Made by a program: the position numbers and the translations under genes. Shown one piece after another: positions 1 to 8,153 of a stretch of 64,000 bases of DNA. The notes under the pieces are model-generated. The model ran no database searches. It saw only the letters and a list, made by a program, of their open reading frames with translations, and had not been told where the DNA came from. How positions within the stretch are numbered: position 1 is the first letter of the stretch; the number at the start of each line of letters is the position of its first letter. The DNA lies in the IMG/VR virus record IMGVR_UViG_3300037232_000040; one strand, 5' to 3'. Source of the DNA: a virus.

Positions 1-2
1 CC

Positions 3-170
3 CAGGTAGCTGCGCTCACCAGCCACTTGGCTAAAATGGAGTGTCCCGTATGCCGAGAAAGCCTCGGTAGACCCCATTCAGAGTTTTGGAAAGACTGTTC
101 TGACTGCGAAGAGCAACGCGCTGCCCTCTCTCATTCCAAGGAAGCCGCGCCGGGAAAGGATGGATTCTGA
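3..170 (+). CDS. small Cys-rich ORF, possibly truncated by the window edge (in-frame ATG at 36)
   Basis: Frame open from position 3 to TGA 168-170. CPVC and CSDC cysteine pairs. Stop overlaps a following ATG (TGATG). Shorter than the track cutoff. The competing minus ORF 131..550 looks non-coding. Confidence 0.2.
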   Translation, partial: QVAALTSHLAKMECPVCRESLGRPHSEFWKDCSDCEEQRAALSHSKEAAPGKDGF

Positions 171-348
171 TGCCGCATGTAGCGCTGCCCGAAGTGTCTC
201 AGGCTGATGCTGGCAGTCTGGAAACGGTGTCCTGTTGCGAGGCCGAGCCCCGGCGGTTCTTGGCCAAGTTTGGACGGCACTCTAGTAACCAACGCAACTA
301 GCACGAAATAGGGATTTACAAACGGTTGGGTTGTAGTAATCTGATTGC

Positions 349-480
349 ATGAAACGTTGTCAAGCAGGTGGTTGCAAGGAGCGATACAAGCCGAGAGTCT
401 GGTGGCAACGCTATTGCAGCCTGAGATGCAAAAACCGGGAACTGATACGCCGATACAGGGCAAAAAAGAGAAAACTGTGA
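349..480 (+). CDS. 43-aa basic zinc-ribbon-like protein
   Basis: ATG 349, TGA 478-480. MKRCQAGGCKERYKP..YCSLRCKNRE.. has two Cys pairs plus an Arg/Lys tail. Stop overlaps downstream GTG (GTGA). Alternative to the TTG-initiated track ORF 345..635. Confidence 0.35.
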   Translation: MKRCQAGGCKERYKPRVWWQRYCSLRCKNRELIRRYRAKKRKL

Positions 481-635
481 TCGACCAAGAGAAATGCGAA
501 GAATGCGGCAAGTACCTGGATGACTGCGACTGCGACGAGCTTGCAGTCATCGCTGACGAAGGCGCCCCTCAGTTTGACAGCAATCGCAACTGGAGCAACC
601 TACCCATGGCCGAGCCGGAAGATGAGGAGTCCTGA
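477..635 (+). CDS. 52-aa acidic Cys-containing protein ending EPEDEES
   Basis: GTG 477 overlaps the upstream stop and is in the frame of track ORF 345..635. CEECGKYLDDCDC motif. The 3' end lies in the 35-nt repeat 612-646. Confidence 0.3.
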   Translation: MIDQEKCEECGKYLDDCDCDELAVIADEGAPQFDSNRNWSNLPMAEPEDEES

Positions 636-646
636 TATGAAACCGA
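612..646 (+). repeat. 35-nt exact repeat, copy 1 (copy 2 at 47398-47432)
   Basis: GAGCCGGAAGATGAGGAGTCCTGATATGAAACCGA is identical at both sites. It spans the stop of one small ORF and the ATG of the next. Confidence 0.95.
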
Positions 647-915
647 AATTCACCCTCACGATCGTGCTGGAAAAACACGAGATCGGAGTTCCAGCAACAA
701 CGGTACAAAGCGGCCATCTCGTCGATGTGGCGGCCAACGAATCCGAAGCGGTGGAACTCTACGCTGCGCTGCTCAACATGGCTTACAAGTGGCGCGACAA
801 GATGGATTCCGAGCATATCGTAGCTCAACCGATCAAGCCGCTCACTTGGTGGGAAGAGTGCCATACCGAGCCGATCAAGCCGTTCATTCACGTATTCACG
901 GAGCCTAAGCCATGA
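637..915 (+). CDS. hypothetical protein, 92 aa
   Basis: ATG 637 lies one nt after the upstream stop, in frame with track ORF 520..915. No domain recognised. Confidence 0.5.
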   Translation: MKPKFTLTIVLEKHEIGVPATTVQSGHLVDVAANESEAVELYAALLNMAYKWRDKMDSEHIVAQPIKPLTWWEECHTEPIKPFIHVFTEPKP

Positions 916-1010
916 CCGCCTACACCGCTATCGTGTTCGTGATCGGCCTGCTGTGCGGCACCACCGTGGGGTTCGCTGTCTCATCTATCTTGCTGGCAGG
1001 AAAGGAGTAA
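912..1010 (+). CDS. 32-aa single-pass membrane peptide
   Basis: ATGA overlap with the upstream stop. MTAYTAIVFVIGLLCGTTVGFAVSSILLAGKE is one hydrophobic helix. Its 3' end supplies AAGGAG for ATG 1014. Confidence 0.3.
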   Translation: MTAYTAIVFVIGLLCGTTVGFAVSSILLAGKE

Positions 1011-1013
1011 GCC

Positions 1014-1196
1014 ATGGCTGACACAGGCATACGAGAAAGTGGAATGACCGGAATCGAGCGTCACTGGTTCGAGCAAGCCGAGGAGCAGCAAGCCGCTATC
1101 GAAAAGTTCTGGCAAGAAATCATCGTGGCCGATATTGACGAGCTACGAAAACTGGAGGAGGCGTTCCGTGGAAGACCAAACGACACAGCCCACTAA
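1014..1196 (+). CDS. hypothetical protein, 60 aa
   Basis: AAGGAG upstream of ATG 1014. Acidic helical sequence. The 3' end overlaps the erf start. Confidence 0.45.
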   Translation: MADTGIRESGMTGIERHWFEQAEEQQAAIEKFWQEIIVADIDELRKLEEAFRGRPNDTAH

Positions 1197-2109
1197 CCTG
1201 ATTCAGAAACTTGCCGAAGCCTGCGATGCGGTTGGAGGGGTCGAAAAGAAGGGCCACAACGACGCCCAACGCTACAAGTACGTCAAGGCAGCAGATATTG
1301 CCAAGGCGATCCGGCATGAACTGTTTGGCCGGGGAATTGTCATCCTCCAACACGAACATGAGCCCGAATACCTTGAGGTCGAACTCACTCCAGATCGGGA
1401 CAACAAGCCTCGTAAGGCATTCGAGGTTCGCATCCAAATCGAGTTCCGGGTAACAGACGGAACCACGAGTATTTCGCTGGACGCCTACGGCACGGCCCGC
1501 GACTCTGGCGATAAGGCTATCTGGAAGGCCAAGACCGGAGCTCTGAAATACTTCCTGCGAGGCCTGGGGCTGATCCCTGACGAGAAGGACGATCCCGAAC
1601 ACGACGCACCGGGCGACGAGGAAGCAGGCGAACTCCACAGCGCCACCAAGCAAGACAATACTGTAACTCTGGCTGGAGTCATAACCGCCGAGAAGCAGAG
1701 CGAGAAGGGTATCTGGTACACCATCCACACCTTGACTGCTGAGGGCGAAGCCGATGCCTATGTGCTATCTCCGAATGATTCAGGCCGGCTGGCCGAGAAG
1801 ATTGACTGGCTGGTGAACCTGCGCGTCCGCCCGCTGGTTGTCTCCAAGCCGGGACTGTTCTTTACCCTGGTTGACGTGCTCACTGTGCGCAAGCCGGAAA
1901 ATCCGGACTCCGAGCCTGCTACCCAAAACGAGCGCAAGAGCGGGATAACCACGAGGCAGATCAATCGGCTATACGCCATCAAGAGTTCAAAGGGTATATC
2001 GGACACATGGCTGACCGACGCCCTGGGCCGGGAAGGCTTCGAGCATACAAACGATCTAACCCCTCTGGCCTACAAGCGGATTTGCGATGAAATGGAGTTG
2101 ATGGCATGA
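1168..2109 (+). CDS. erf: ERF-family single-strand annealing (recombination) protein
   Basis: GTG 1168 follows GGAGGAG. The N-terminal ~150 aa align by eye with P22 Erf blocks (..RYKYVKAADIAKAI.. and ..TGALKYFLRGLGLIPD..). The track ORF starts at TTG 1135. Confidence 0.75.
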   Translation: MEDQTTQPTNLIQKLAEACDAVGGVEKKGHNDAQRYKYVKAADIAKAIRHELFGRGIVILQHEHEPEYLEVELTPDRDNKPRKAFEVRIQIEFRVTDGTTSISLDAYGTARDSGDKAIWKAKTGALKYFLRGLGLIPDEKDDPEHDAPGDEEAGELHSATKQDNTVTLAGVITAEKQSEKGIWYTIHTLTAEGEADAYVLSPNDSGRLAEKIDWLVNLRVRPLVVSKPGLFFTLVDVLTVRKPENPDSEPATQNERKSGITTRQINRLYAIKSSKGISDTWLTDALGREGFEHTNDLTPLAYKRICDEMELMA

Positions 2110-2220
2110 GCGAAGTACGCATCGTGGTGCCTCTCCTGAAATAAATATCAAAGTGGGTACGAACGGGGGATGACAGAGTGATGGCGTGGGAGCATTATGC
2201 AGACATCAGGAGGCAATCAG

Positions 2221-2562
2221 ATGGCAACTAAAACTTGGATTACCGACGCAAACAATAACCGCTGCTCCATTGATTATTGGGGGTCGCGTGAAGCGGCACA
2301 GAAGGCGCTTGATAGCCTCAAAAACTGCTTCGACTGCACCGACTGCTCCGACTGCTTCGACTGCTCCGACTGCACCGGCTGCTACCGCTGCTCCGACTGC
2401 TCCGACTGCTACCACTGCTCCGGCTGCTTCGGCTGCTCCGACTGCTCCGGCTGCTCCGGCTGCTTCGGCTGCTCCGACTGCACCGACTGCTCCGACTGCT
2501 CCGACTGCTACCACTGCTCCGGCTGCTTCGGCTGCTCCGGCGATATTGGTTTTACGGTGTGA
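2221..2562 (+). CDS. Cys-triplet repeat protein (36-aa unique N-terminus plus 24 consecutive C-x-x triplets)
   Basis: AGGAGG 7 nt upstream of ATG 2221, in frame with track ORF 2197..2562. The first 110 nt are identical to 63875-63984, where a second copy starts behind AAGGAG. Confidence 0.6.
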   Translation: MATKTWITDANNNRCSIDYWGSREAAQKALDSLKNCFDCTDCSDCFDCSDCTGCYRCSDCSDCYHCSGCFGCSDCSGCSGCFGCSDCTDCSDCSDCYHCSGCFGCSGDIGFTV

Positions 2563-3077
2563 GTAGGGCAGGTGAACTTGCGTGTTGCAACGCAGATAGT
2601 TACGCTGCTAAGTGGTTGGAAAATATACAATTAATGAGTGTGTTACAGCACACAAACTTAGTGTTGCTAAGTTGCATAATGCCTTACGCAAACAGCCTGC
2701 CCGTAGTACCGAACACGCGGGGTACCTGCAATAGTTGCCAGCGTGGCGGCATTGTAGTCCTACAACATGGTGGCGGAGTGCACGTGCTGGCCATGCACAC
2801 GGTTGCCAGTGCACAGTGCCCCGGTAGCTATAGCATCCCGGAAGCTATAAGCATCCCGGAAGCCACCTATGCCATACCACCCAACCAAGCCGTATGGCCC
2901 TGTGAGAATGTACCGGTGGCCCTAGCTACTGAAAAGCGCAAGCTATGCTCCGCCGTGCGCCACAGCAGCCCCACGGTAAGCGCACAGCCGGTGTATGCGC
3001 CTAACCGTACTACCAAGCCCTGCTGCGGTGGCAGTGGTGCGCACACCAAGGAATGCAAGGCGGTGCAGCATGGCTAG
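2559..3077 (+). CDS. hypothetical ORF, start uncertain, may be partly non-coding
   Basis: Track ORF only. No RBS or domain recognised. Contains a 14-nt direct repeat (AGCATCCCGGAAGC x2, about 2833-2870). Stop overlaps ATG 3070. Confidence 0.2.
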   Translation: MSRAGELACCNADSYAAKWLENIQLMSVLQHTNLVLLSCIMPYANSLPVVPNTRGTCNSCQRGGIVVLQHGGGVHVLAMHTVASAQCPGSYSIPEAISIPEATYAIPPNQAVWPCENVPVALATEKRKLCSAVRHSSPTVSAQPVYAPNRTTKPCCGGSGAHTKECKAVQHG

Positions 3078-4065
3078 CCCACACAGTGCCACCGCAGCCA
3101 AGCGCATACAGGCCGCACAGCGCAGCGGCAAACCGGCTAAGGCAGCTAAGGCAGCTAAGGCAGCTAAGCTGCTAGCCAAAGCTACAAAGCCCGTACCAAA
3201 GGTTACACACGAAATACTTGGTCCTGATATAGTTGAAGACTTCCTGCCTGAGTACCCACAGATAGGGGCTGGAATGCTGCTGCCTTCTATACTTACTGCG
3301 CCTACCGTAAGTAAGGCAGCACAGAAACGCGCTGAGAAAGCAGCGGCCCTGCAAGCCAAGGTTGCAGCCGCGCAGCAAACCGCTAAGCAGCGGTTGCTGG
3401 TAGTGGGCGACCACGTTGTAGAGTGCCGCCCATTTGCGGGGCAGCTTAAGCCCGAACCGGAGCCTGAAACGCAAGTGGTGCCGCGTAAGCCTGCCACTAG
3501 GGTGGACGTTAACGTGTACCAAGTGTACCGAGACATTAACGGTGTGGCCTACTTGCGCGTAGGCCAAAGCAAAGACGGCGCAATGCTGGTAGTGAACAAG
3601 GGCTTTCAGGTGGAGCTAGTGGACATGCCCAACGACACCATCAAGGCTTTGAATCTACAGCCCGTAGTGGGTAGTAGCATATTGGATGCTGCAGAAAAGT
3701 TGTTGCACCCTATGAACGACCAAGCTACAATTTCTTTGCGTGCAAAAACACAACTGATTTTAATACTTGAAAACGAGGAGTTACAAAACATGGCTACCAA
3801 GAGCGTTGAAGCGAAGAACAAACCGGCGAAGTTTGCCAGTGTTAATGCCCCGGCTGCCAAGGGCAGCAAAGCCACCAAACCTGCCAAGGCTGAGAAGCCT
3901 GCTAAGGTTGAGAAGCCTGCTATGGTTGAGAAGCCTGCTATGGTTGAGAAGCCTGCTAAGGCCGCGAAGAATGCCACTAGCGGTGAACCAGCATCGCAAC
4001 GCCCCAAAGCAGACAAAAACGACGAACTACGGGGCAGCCGCTTCGGCTACCTGTACAACAGCTAA
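3070..4065 (+). CDS. Lys/Ala-rich repeat protein (histone-H1/AlgP-like tails around a unique core)
   Basis: ATG 3070 is in frame with track ORF 2995..4065. KPAKAAKAAKAAK comes from a 9-nt x3 repeat (about 3135-3166). EKPAKV/EKPAMV x4 comes from an 18-nt repeat (about 3892-3960). Confidence 0.55.
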   Translation: MASPHSATAAKRIQAAQRSGKPAKAAKAAKAAKLLAKATKPVPKVTHEILGPDIVEDFLPEYPQIGAGMLLPSILTAPTVSKAAQKRAEKAAALQAKVAAAQQTAKQRLLVVGDHVVECRPFAGQLKPEPEPETQVVPRKPATRVDVNVYQVYRDINGVAYLRVGQSKDGAMLVVNKGFQVELVDMPNDTIKALNLQPVVGSSILDAAEKLLHPMNDQATISLRAKTQLILILENEELQNMATKSVEAKNKPAKFASVNAPAAKGSKATKPAKAEKPAKVEKPAMVEKPAMVEKPAKAAKNATSGEPASQRPKADKNDELRGSRFGYLYNS

Positions 4066-4089
4066 AAAGATTAAGGAGACTAGTTCTTT

Positions 4090-4881
4090 ATGGCAGTGCA
4101 ATGGAACGCAAAATGCACCCGCACTTCGGAGTATCGTTTCTATCCCGAAGACATCAAAATTAAACCTGAACTCAATGGTCGCCACGAACTCCCCGACGTG
4201 GAATGTTTGATCGAAGACATTACTCGCAACGGTCAGATTTCGCCGGTGACGGTACGCAACGATGGCGGAACGCCTGTCCTGGTCGCGGGATTCTCCCGCT
4301 GGCGCGCGGTGAGCGAAATCAACAAGCGCAAGTTGCTTCCCGTCAAGTTACAGATGCGCTGCACTTACGTGCAGTGTTCGGAGATGGAGGGCTTCGTCGC
4401 TAACATCGCAGAGAACCGCTTTCGCAACGGCACTTCCTTGTTGGACGATGCTCACAACATCGCCAAGCTGATTCACAAGTGGAACCTGACGGAGCAGCAG
4501 GTCGCGGCGATCTACTTCCCCGACGCAGCGAAAGACGAGACGGTTGGGAAGGAAGCGCTGCGCTTCGTGAAGAAGCGTTTGGGACTGGCAACGCTGACCC
4601 CGGAAGCAGAGGCAGCTATTTTGAATGGCCGGTTGAAAGAGACCGCTGCGAGCGCTATCGCCAAACTGGACGCGGAGAACCAGCGTGCAGTGATCGCCAA
4701 ATCAAAGGGCGGAGCAGTGAAGGGTAGCACTGTGGCCGCTGCTGGTGACAAGAAGACTCGCCGTTCGATCAAGGAGCAGATCCGCGAAGTCATCGAGAGT
4801 GGTACGTTCAAGCTTGGCAAAGTAGAACATACTGCTGATCAAACCGTGATCGATTGGCTTTCCAGCCTTCTCAGCAGCTAA
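4090..4881 (+). CDS. ParB N-terminal (ParB/Srx nuclease-like) domain protein
   Basis: AAGGAG upstream of ATG 4090. ..NGQISPVTVRNDGGTPVLVAGFSRWRAV.. matches the ParB-box G-x-x-R-x-x-A region. Confidence 0.75.
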   Translation: MAVQWNAKCTRTSEYRFYPEDIKIKPELNGRHELPDVECLIEDITRNGQISPVTVRNDGGTPVLVAGFSRWRAVSEINKRKLLPVKLQMRCTYVQCSEMEGFVANIAENRFRNGTSLLDDAHNIAKLIHKWNLTEQQVAAIYFPDAAKDETVGKEALRFVKKRLGLATLTPEAEAAILNGRLKETAASAIAKLDAENQRAVIAKSKGGAVKGSTVAAAGDKKTRRSIKEQIREVIESGTFKLGKVEHTADQTVIDWLSSLLSS

Positions 4882-5153
4882 CTCGGAAGCGCGAATCGAA
4901 GCTGGTTCGCGCTTTCGTTCAGGAAAACTGGCAGCTTGGGTTCTGTCTGGGAAACGTAGTGAAGTACGTAGCGCGCGCAGGGCACAAAGATAACGCACAC
5001 ATGTACTTTGATCGTGCACTTACATCCGCAGAAAGACGCACGCTGGCTCTGGCCAATAAGTTAGCCGGTATGCTGGAGTGTGTGCACGAGCGCAGCCTTG
5101 GTAACCGTTACGTAGAGCTAGCCTTTAAACATTGGCTTACTCATCCTGCGTGA
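4854..5153 (+). CDS. small protein with partial DUF3310-like motif
   Basis: TTG start overlaps the parB-like 3' end. ..LGNVVKYVARAGHKD.. resembles the DUF3310 core. Start unsupported by an RBS. Confidence 0.3.
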   Translation: MAFQPSQQLTRKRESKLVRAFVQENWQLGFCLGNVVKYVARAGHKDNAHMYFDRALTSAERRTLALANKLAGMLECVHERSLGNRYVELAFKHWLTHPA

Positions 5154-5228
5154 AACCATAACCCCTAACGAGACGGAGCTCGCAGTTGTTAAAGCAGTGC
5201 TGCAACTGTGGGAGGAGGCTACAACGTA

Positions 5229-5735
5229 ATGACAGTGACACACATGCACACACCCGGTAAAGACGTAGATAAGGGTGGTAGTGGCTACGTATACGCTACC
5301 TGTGTAATTTGCAGCCGCAAAATACGTCGTTGGACTGGCAGTGAAGGAGCACAGTGGGAGGTGCTAGCAGAAGCAAAGCAACCGGTGGTAGCAACAGCAA
5401 CAGTCGCAACCTTAGCAGTACCCAAAGATGTTAAGGATGCCATTGATGACGACCAGCTTGCTGCTGTGGCTCGCAGTGCTAATGCATGGCAGGTAGGCGG
5501 TACGCACTACCAAGACAACGCAGTGCAGTGCCCACATTGTGGTGGCACGCTGCAGCACTGGGATATTTACAAATTCTTTCCGTATATTGAAGGCGTTATT
5601 ACGAAGTATCTTTGGCGTTGGCGTGATAAGAACGGTGTGCAGGACTTGGATAAGGCGCGCCACTACCTTGACAAGTTGTTTGAAGTGGCCAGCGGTGAGT
5701 TGATGAAACCTAAGCCGCAGCACAGAACACCGTAA
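5229..5735 (+). CDS. DUF3310-like domain protein with CxxC insertions
   Basis: GGAGGAGG upstream of ATG 5229. C-terminal ..THYQ..ITKYLWRWRDKNGVQDLDKARHYLDKL.. fits the DUF3310 pattern as I remember it. Confidence 0.5.
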   Translation: MTVTHMHTPGKDVDKGGSGYVYATCVICSRKIRRWTGSEGAQWEVLAEAKQPVVATATVATLAVPKDVKDAIDDDQLAAVARSANAWQVGGTHYQDNAVQCPHCGGTLQHWDIYKFFPYIEGVITKYLWRWRDKNGVQDLDKARHYLDKLFEVASGELMKPKPQHRTP

Positions 5736-5761
5736 GCTAGAGCACAAACGAATAAAGGCCA

Positions 5762-5815
5762 GTAGGCACTCCCCCAGTACATCGGGCAAGTGCCTACCGA
5801 CCTTTGTTGTTTTTA
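5762..5815. terminator. candidate bidirectional terminator between convergent arms
   Basis: GTAGGCACT (5762-5770) pairs with AGTGCCTAC (5789-5797), followed by TTTGTTGTTTTT. Lies between the + arm end (5735) and the - arm end (5921). The 18-nt loop is large. Confidence 0.35.
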
Positions 5816-5920
5816 CGGTGGATTTAGTTTGCAGGGCACAGTGGGGATGCTGCGTGCCCCGCACACTGTGCCCCGGGCCGCATGGCTGGCCACCACCTAC
5901 CATGCGGCAACTTATAGACC

Positions 5921-6721
5921 CTAGTGCCAAGCCGGGCCAAGATGTAGTACCCAAGCATCATTAAGGTACTGGTTAACGTAGTTGTACGGCAGCCAGAAGT
6001 CACCGCCTTGGCCCCACGTACTGCCCCAGCTGTTGCGTTTGTGCAGTGCACCTTGTGAGCCATCAAGGTTTTGGTGTTTGTCATCGTAGCCAAAGGTAAG
6101 CGTACAATGGCCGCCCAGCGACTGCTCAGTGCTGGCAGGCATAGGTACTTCACCACTGCTGGCTACGGCATCACTTTCAAAGGAATTAAAAACATCAATG
6201 CCATCGACAAAGCAGTAGCCGCTGGCTAGGCACCCTTTCATATCGCCTAAAGTAGGCAGTGTGTGATATGCTCCACCCTTGTACTTAATCGCATCTGCTA
6301 CAGCTTGTGGACTGGGTGGTGTGTTTAATGTGGCTGGCCCATAAGCATCGTCAACTTCTGGGCACACCCCAAACTTATTTAGTACCTTAGCACCGGTACG
6401 CACCATGCCGCCGGCATCATTGGGTAAGGTACCTTCGAGCTGGCGTACTAGGTAGTAAATGTCTTGCGGGCTAAACTCCGGTACTGCTGTAGTGTACGGA
6501 CCGAACTTGCGGAATAGCCAAGCCGCAAACCCTTGCCACCCGTGGCCTACGCAGCTGCCTTCCTGTCCTTGGTCACGTACTGCACCTAACAGTGCACCTT
6601 CGTCAGCTGCAATGGGCTGCACAGTAGTACCAGTTAAGCGCAGTATCTTGTCACGGGTGTCAGCGCTGTCCCTAAGCTGGCCGTACACACGGCCAGCTGG
6701 CGAAACTACAAGTGGGTTCAC
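5921..6721 (-). CDS. papain-like cysteine peptidase (family C1)
   Basis: Q..GSCVGHGW (oxyanion Gln plus catalytic Cys), GGHCTLTFGYD (His) and NSWGSTWGQGG (Asn) occur in canonical order. No signal peptide. Confidence 0.8.
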   Translation of the reverse strand: MNPLVVSPAGRVYGQLRDSADTRDKILRLTGTTVQPIAADEGALLGAVRDQGQEGSCVGHGWQGFAAWLFRKFGPYTTAVPEFSPQDIYYLVRQLEGTLPNDAGGMVRTGAKVLNKFGVCPEVDDAYGPATLNTPPSPQAVADAIKYKGGAYHTLPTLGDMKGCLASGYCFVDGIDVFNSFESDAVASSGEVPMPASTEQSLGGHCTLTFGYDDKHQNLDGSQGALHKRNSWGSTWGQGGDFWLPYNYVNQYLNDAWVLHLGPAWH

Positions 6722-6739
6722 TTTTGTGTATGTCCTTTC

Positions 6740-7216
6740 TTACAGCCTACGGTTGGTACCGGCAATCTTGGCAGCAGCGTTGAACTGCTGCTTGAATTGC
6801 TTTGCAGTAAGGGTTGCGCTACCCCTGACTTGCGCCTTGGCAGCAGATTTAATCACAGCCCCACTGGAGTTAGTAATGGTGCCTGCCGGGGCTTGCGCGG
6901 TAATGAAGCTCTCAATGGCCAGCACTACGGCCTGCACCAAAGCCTGCTGTTTGGGGCTAGCCTTAGTAGCTGCCTCTTGGTACAGCTGCAGCGCTGCAGC
7001 CAAGCAACTGTCAATCTTTTCGGTGGTTGTGCCGGGTGCAGCGGCACAGACAATGGACTGCGCAGCCTGCTCAACCAGGGGCGCAATGGCAGGGTCGGCA
7101 ATGACAACCACGATGTCGGATGCAGATACAATATCCTGCATCAGGGTTGGCGCGCTGCACGCGGTACCTGCCAGCAGTACAACGATGGCTACTACGATAA
7201 GGCAAATAGTTTTCAT
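6740..7216 (-). CDS. lipoprotein, 158 aa
   Basis: GGAGAA upstream of ATG 7216. MKTICLIVVAIVVLLAGTAC has a lipobox (LAG-T-A-C region). The Ala-rich helical body is too long for a typical o-spanin. Confidence 0.6.
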   Translation of the reverse strand: MKTICLIVVAIVVLLAGTACSAPTLMQDIVSASDIVVVIADPAIAPLVEQAAQSIVCAAAPGTTTEKIDSCLAAALQLYQEAATKASPKQQALVQAVVLAIESFITAQAPAGTITNSSGAVIKSAAKAQVRGSATLTAKQFKQQFNAAAKIAGTNRRL

Positions 7217-7275
7217 AGCTTGTGTTTTCTCCTGTGGCACACGGCACACAGTGGGTGGCCACTTCTTTGTGGGGT

Positions 7276-7629
7276 TTATGTGGGTTGCTTGGGTGGTGTG
7301 GCTGTTAGCACCGCTGCAGTTACCAGAGGTGCTCCTTCAGGCGAGCTTGCGTTTATAGCTACCACGGCAGATGCTACTTGTTTGGGTGGCGTAGCTTGCA
7401 GCTGCGCCAGCTGGCCTTCTGTGCTGTGCCCACCAGCATAGCGTGAGTAGGCAAATGCTGCAAAGTTAAACAGCAGGCAATAGAACGGGTGCTCATTTAG
7501 GAATCCTAGCACCTGCCCGCGTGCGCTTGCATCAGCCGCTAGGAACAATGTAAACATTCCGTAGATACTGACAAACGTATGCGCTGAAAGATTGTGTTGA
7601 ACAACCCATAGGTTTATCTTGTTTAGCAA
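7276..7629 (-). CDS. two-helix membrane protein with PPKQ-repeat tail
   Basis: TTG start overlaps the endolysin stop. Hydrophobic stretches FVSIYGMFTLFLAA and FYCLLFNFAAFAY. ATPPKQ occurs twice near the C-terminus. Confidence 0.4.
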   Translation of the reverse strand: MLNKINLWVVQHNLSAHTFVSIYGMFTLFLAADASARGQVLGFLNEHPFYCLLFNFAAFAYSRYAGGHSTEGQLAQLQATPPKQVASAVVAINASSPEGAPLVTAAVLTATPPKQPT

Positions 7630-8153
7630 GGCACCACCCCTCCATTGTAGTAGTTAACAACGTGGGTGGTATATGCAGGCGATATTTTGGCCTTGGGGTT
7701 TCCACCGTTCCAAGTGTCACAAATGTCGTGCAAAGTTTTGTCCTTCCAATGCTCAATTACATAGTGATTGAAAAACTTAATGCTAGCTGCAAAAGTTAGC
7801 GCCGGGTCGGCCGCTAACTGCTCTGGTGTATAGGGCTGCAGGTTGTAGGCCATGACTTGCAACGGGCCGTAGCTGCAGGCACCGTCATAGGGGTACTTGG
7901 CAATGTACTCCTGCAAATCTGTACTTGCGGTGTACAAGGCACCACCCTTGTCCCAACTAGGCTCGTGGCGCGGTGCCATGTTAGCACCAAAGCTGCTCTC
8001 CACACCACACAGCGCCCACAACAGGCGTACACCGTCAATGGGCTTGCCGTTAGATGTGTCAACGGACTCAGCAAGTTCAAGCGCTGGTCCATTAGCGTGG
8101 CACAACTGCCCAAGCAATTGGCGTGATATGCTTCTTACGTATTTTTCTGTCAT
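7623..8153 (-). CDS. endolysin, lytic transglycosylase (SLT)-like
   Basis: ..LCGVESSFG.. (Glu-Ser catalytic motif) and ..YGPLQVM.. resemble SLT domain blocks. Lies next to small membrane-protein genes. Confidence 0.55.
   Translation of the reverse strand: MTEKYVRSISRQLLGQLCHANGPALELAESVDTSNGKPIDGVRLLWALCGVESSFGANMAPRHEPSWDKGGALYTASTDLQEYIAKYPYDGACSYGPLQVMAYNLQPYTPEQLAADPALTFAASIKFFNHYVIEHWKDKTLHDICDTWNGGNPKAKISPAYTTHVVNYYNGGVVPC

Noticed and set aside
2186-2566. Ala/Pro/Thr-rich (+) and Ala/Val/Gly-rich (-) frames over the Cys-triplet gene
   Set aside because: Neither has an RBS-linked start. The duplicated, conserved 110-nt 5' end with ATG and RBS at both loci fits the Cys frame.
2943-3567. 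197-aa and 131-aa minus-strand ORFs
   Set aside because: They are antisense to the Lys/Ala-rich protein gene, whose in-frame DNA repeats and coupled start (ATG 3070) support the plus strand.
6459-7441. 299-aa and 214-aa plus-strand ORFs
   Set aside because: They are antisense to the C1 peptidase and lipoprotein genes, whose catalytic and lipobox motifs support the minus strand.
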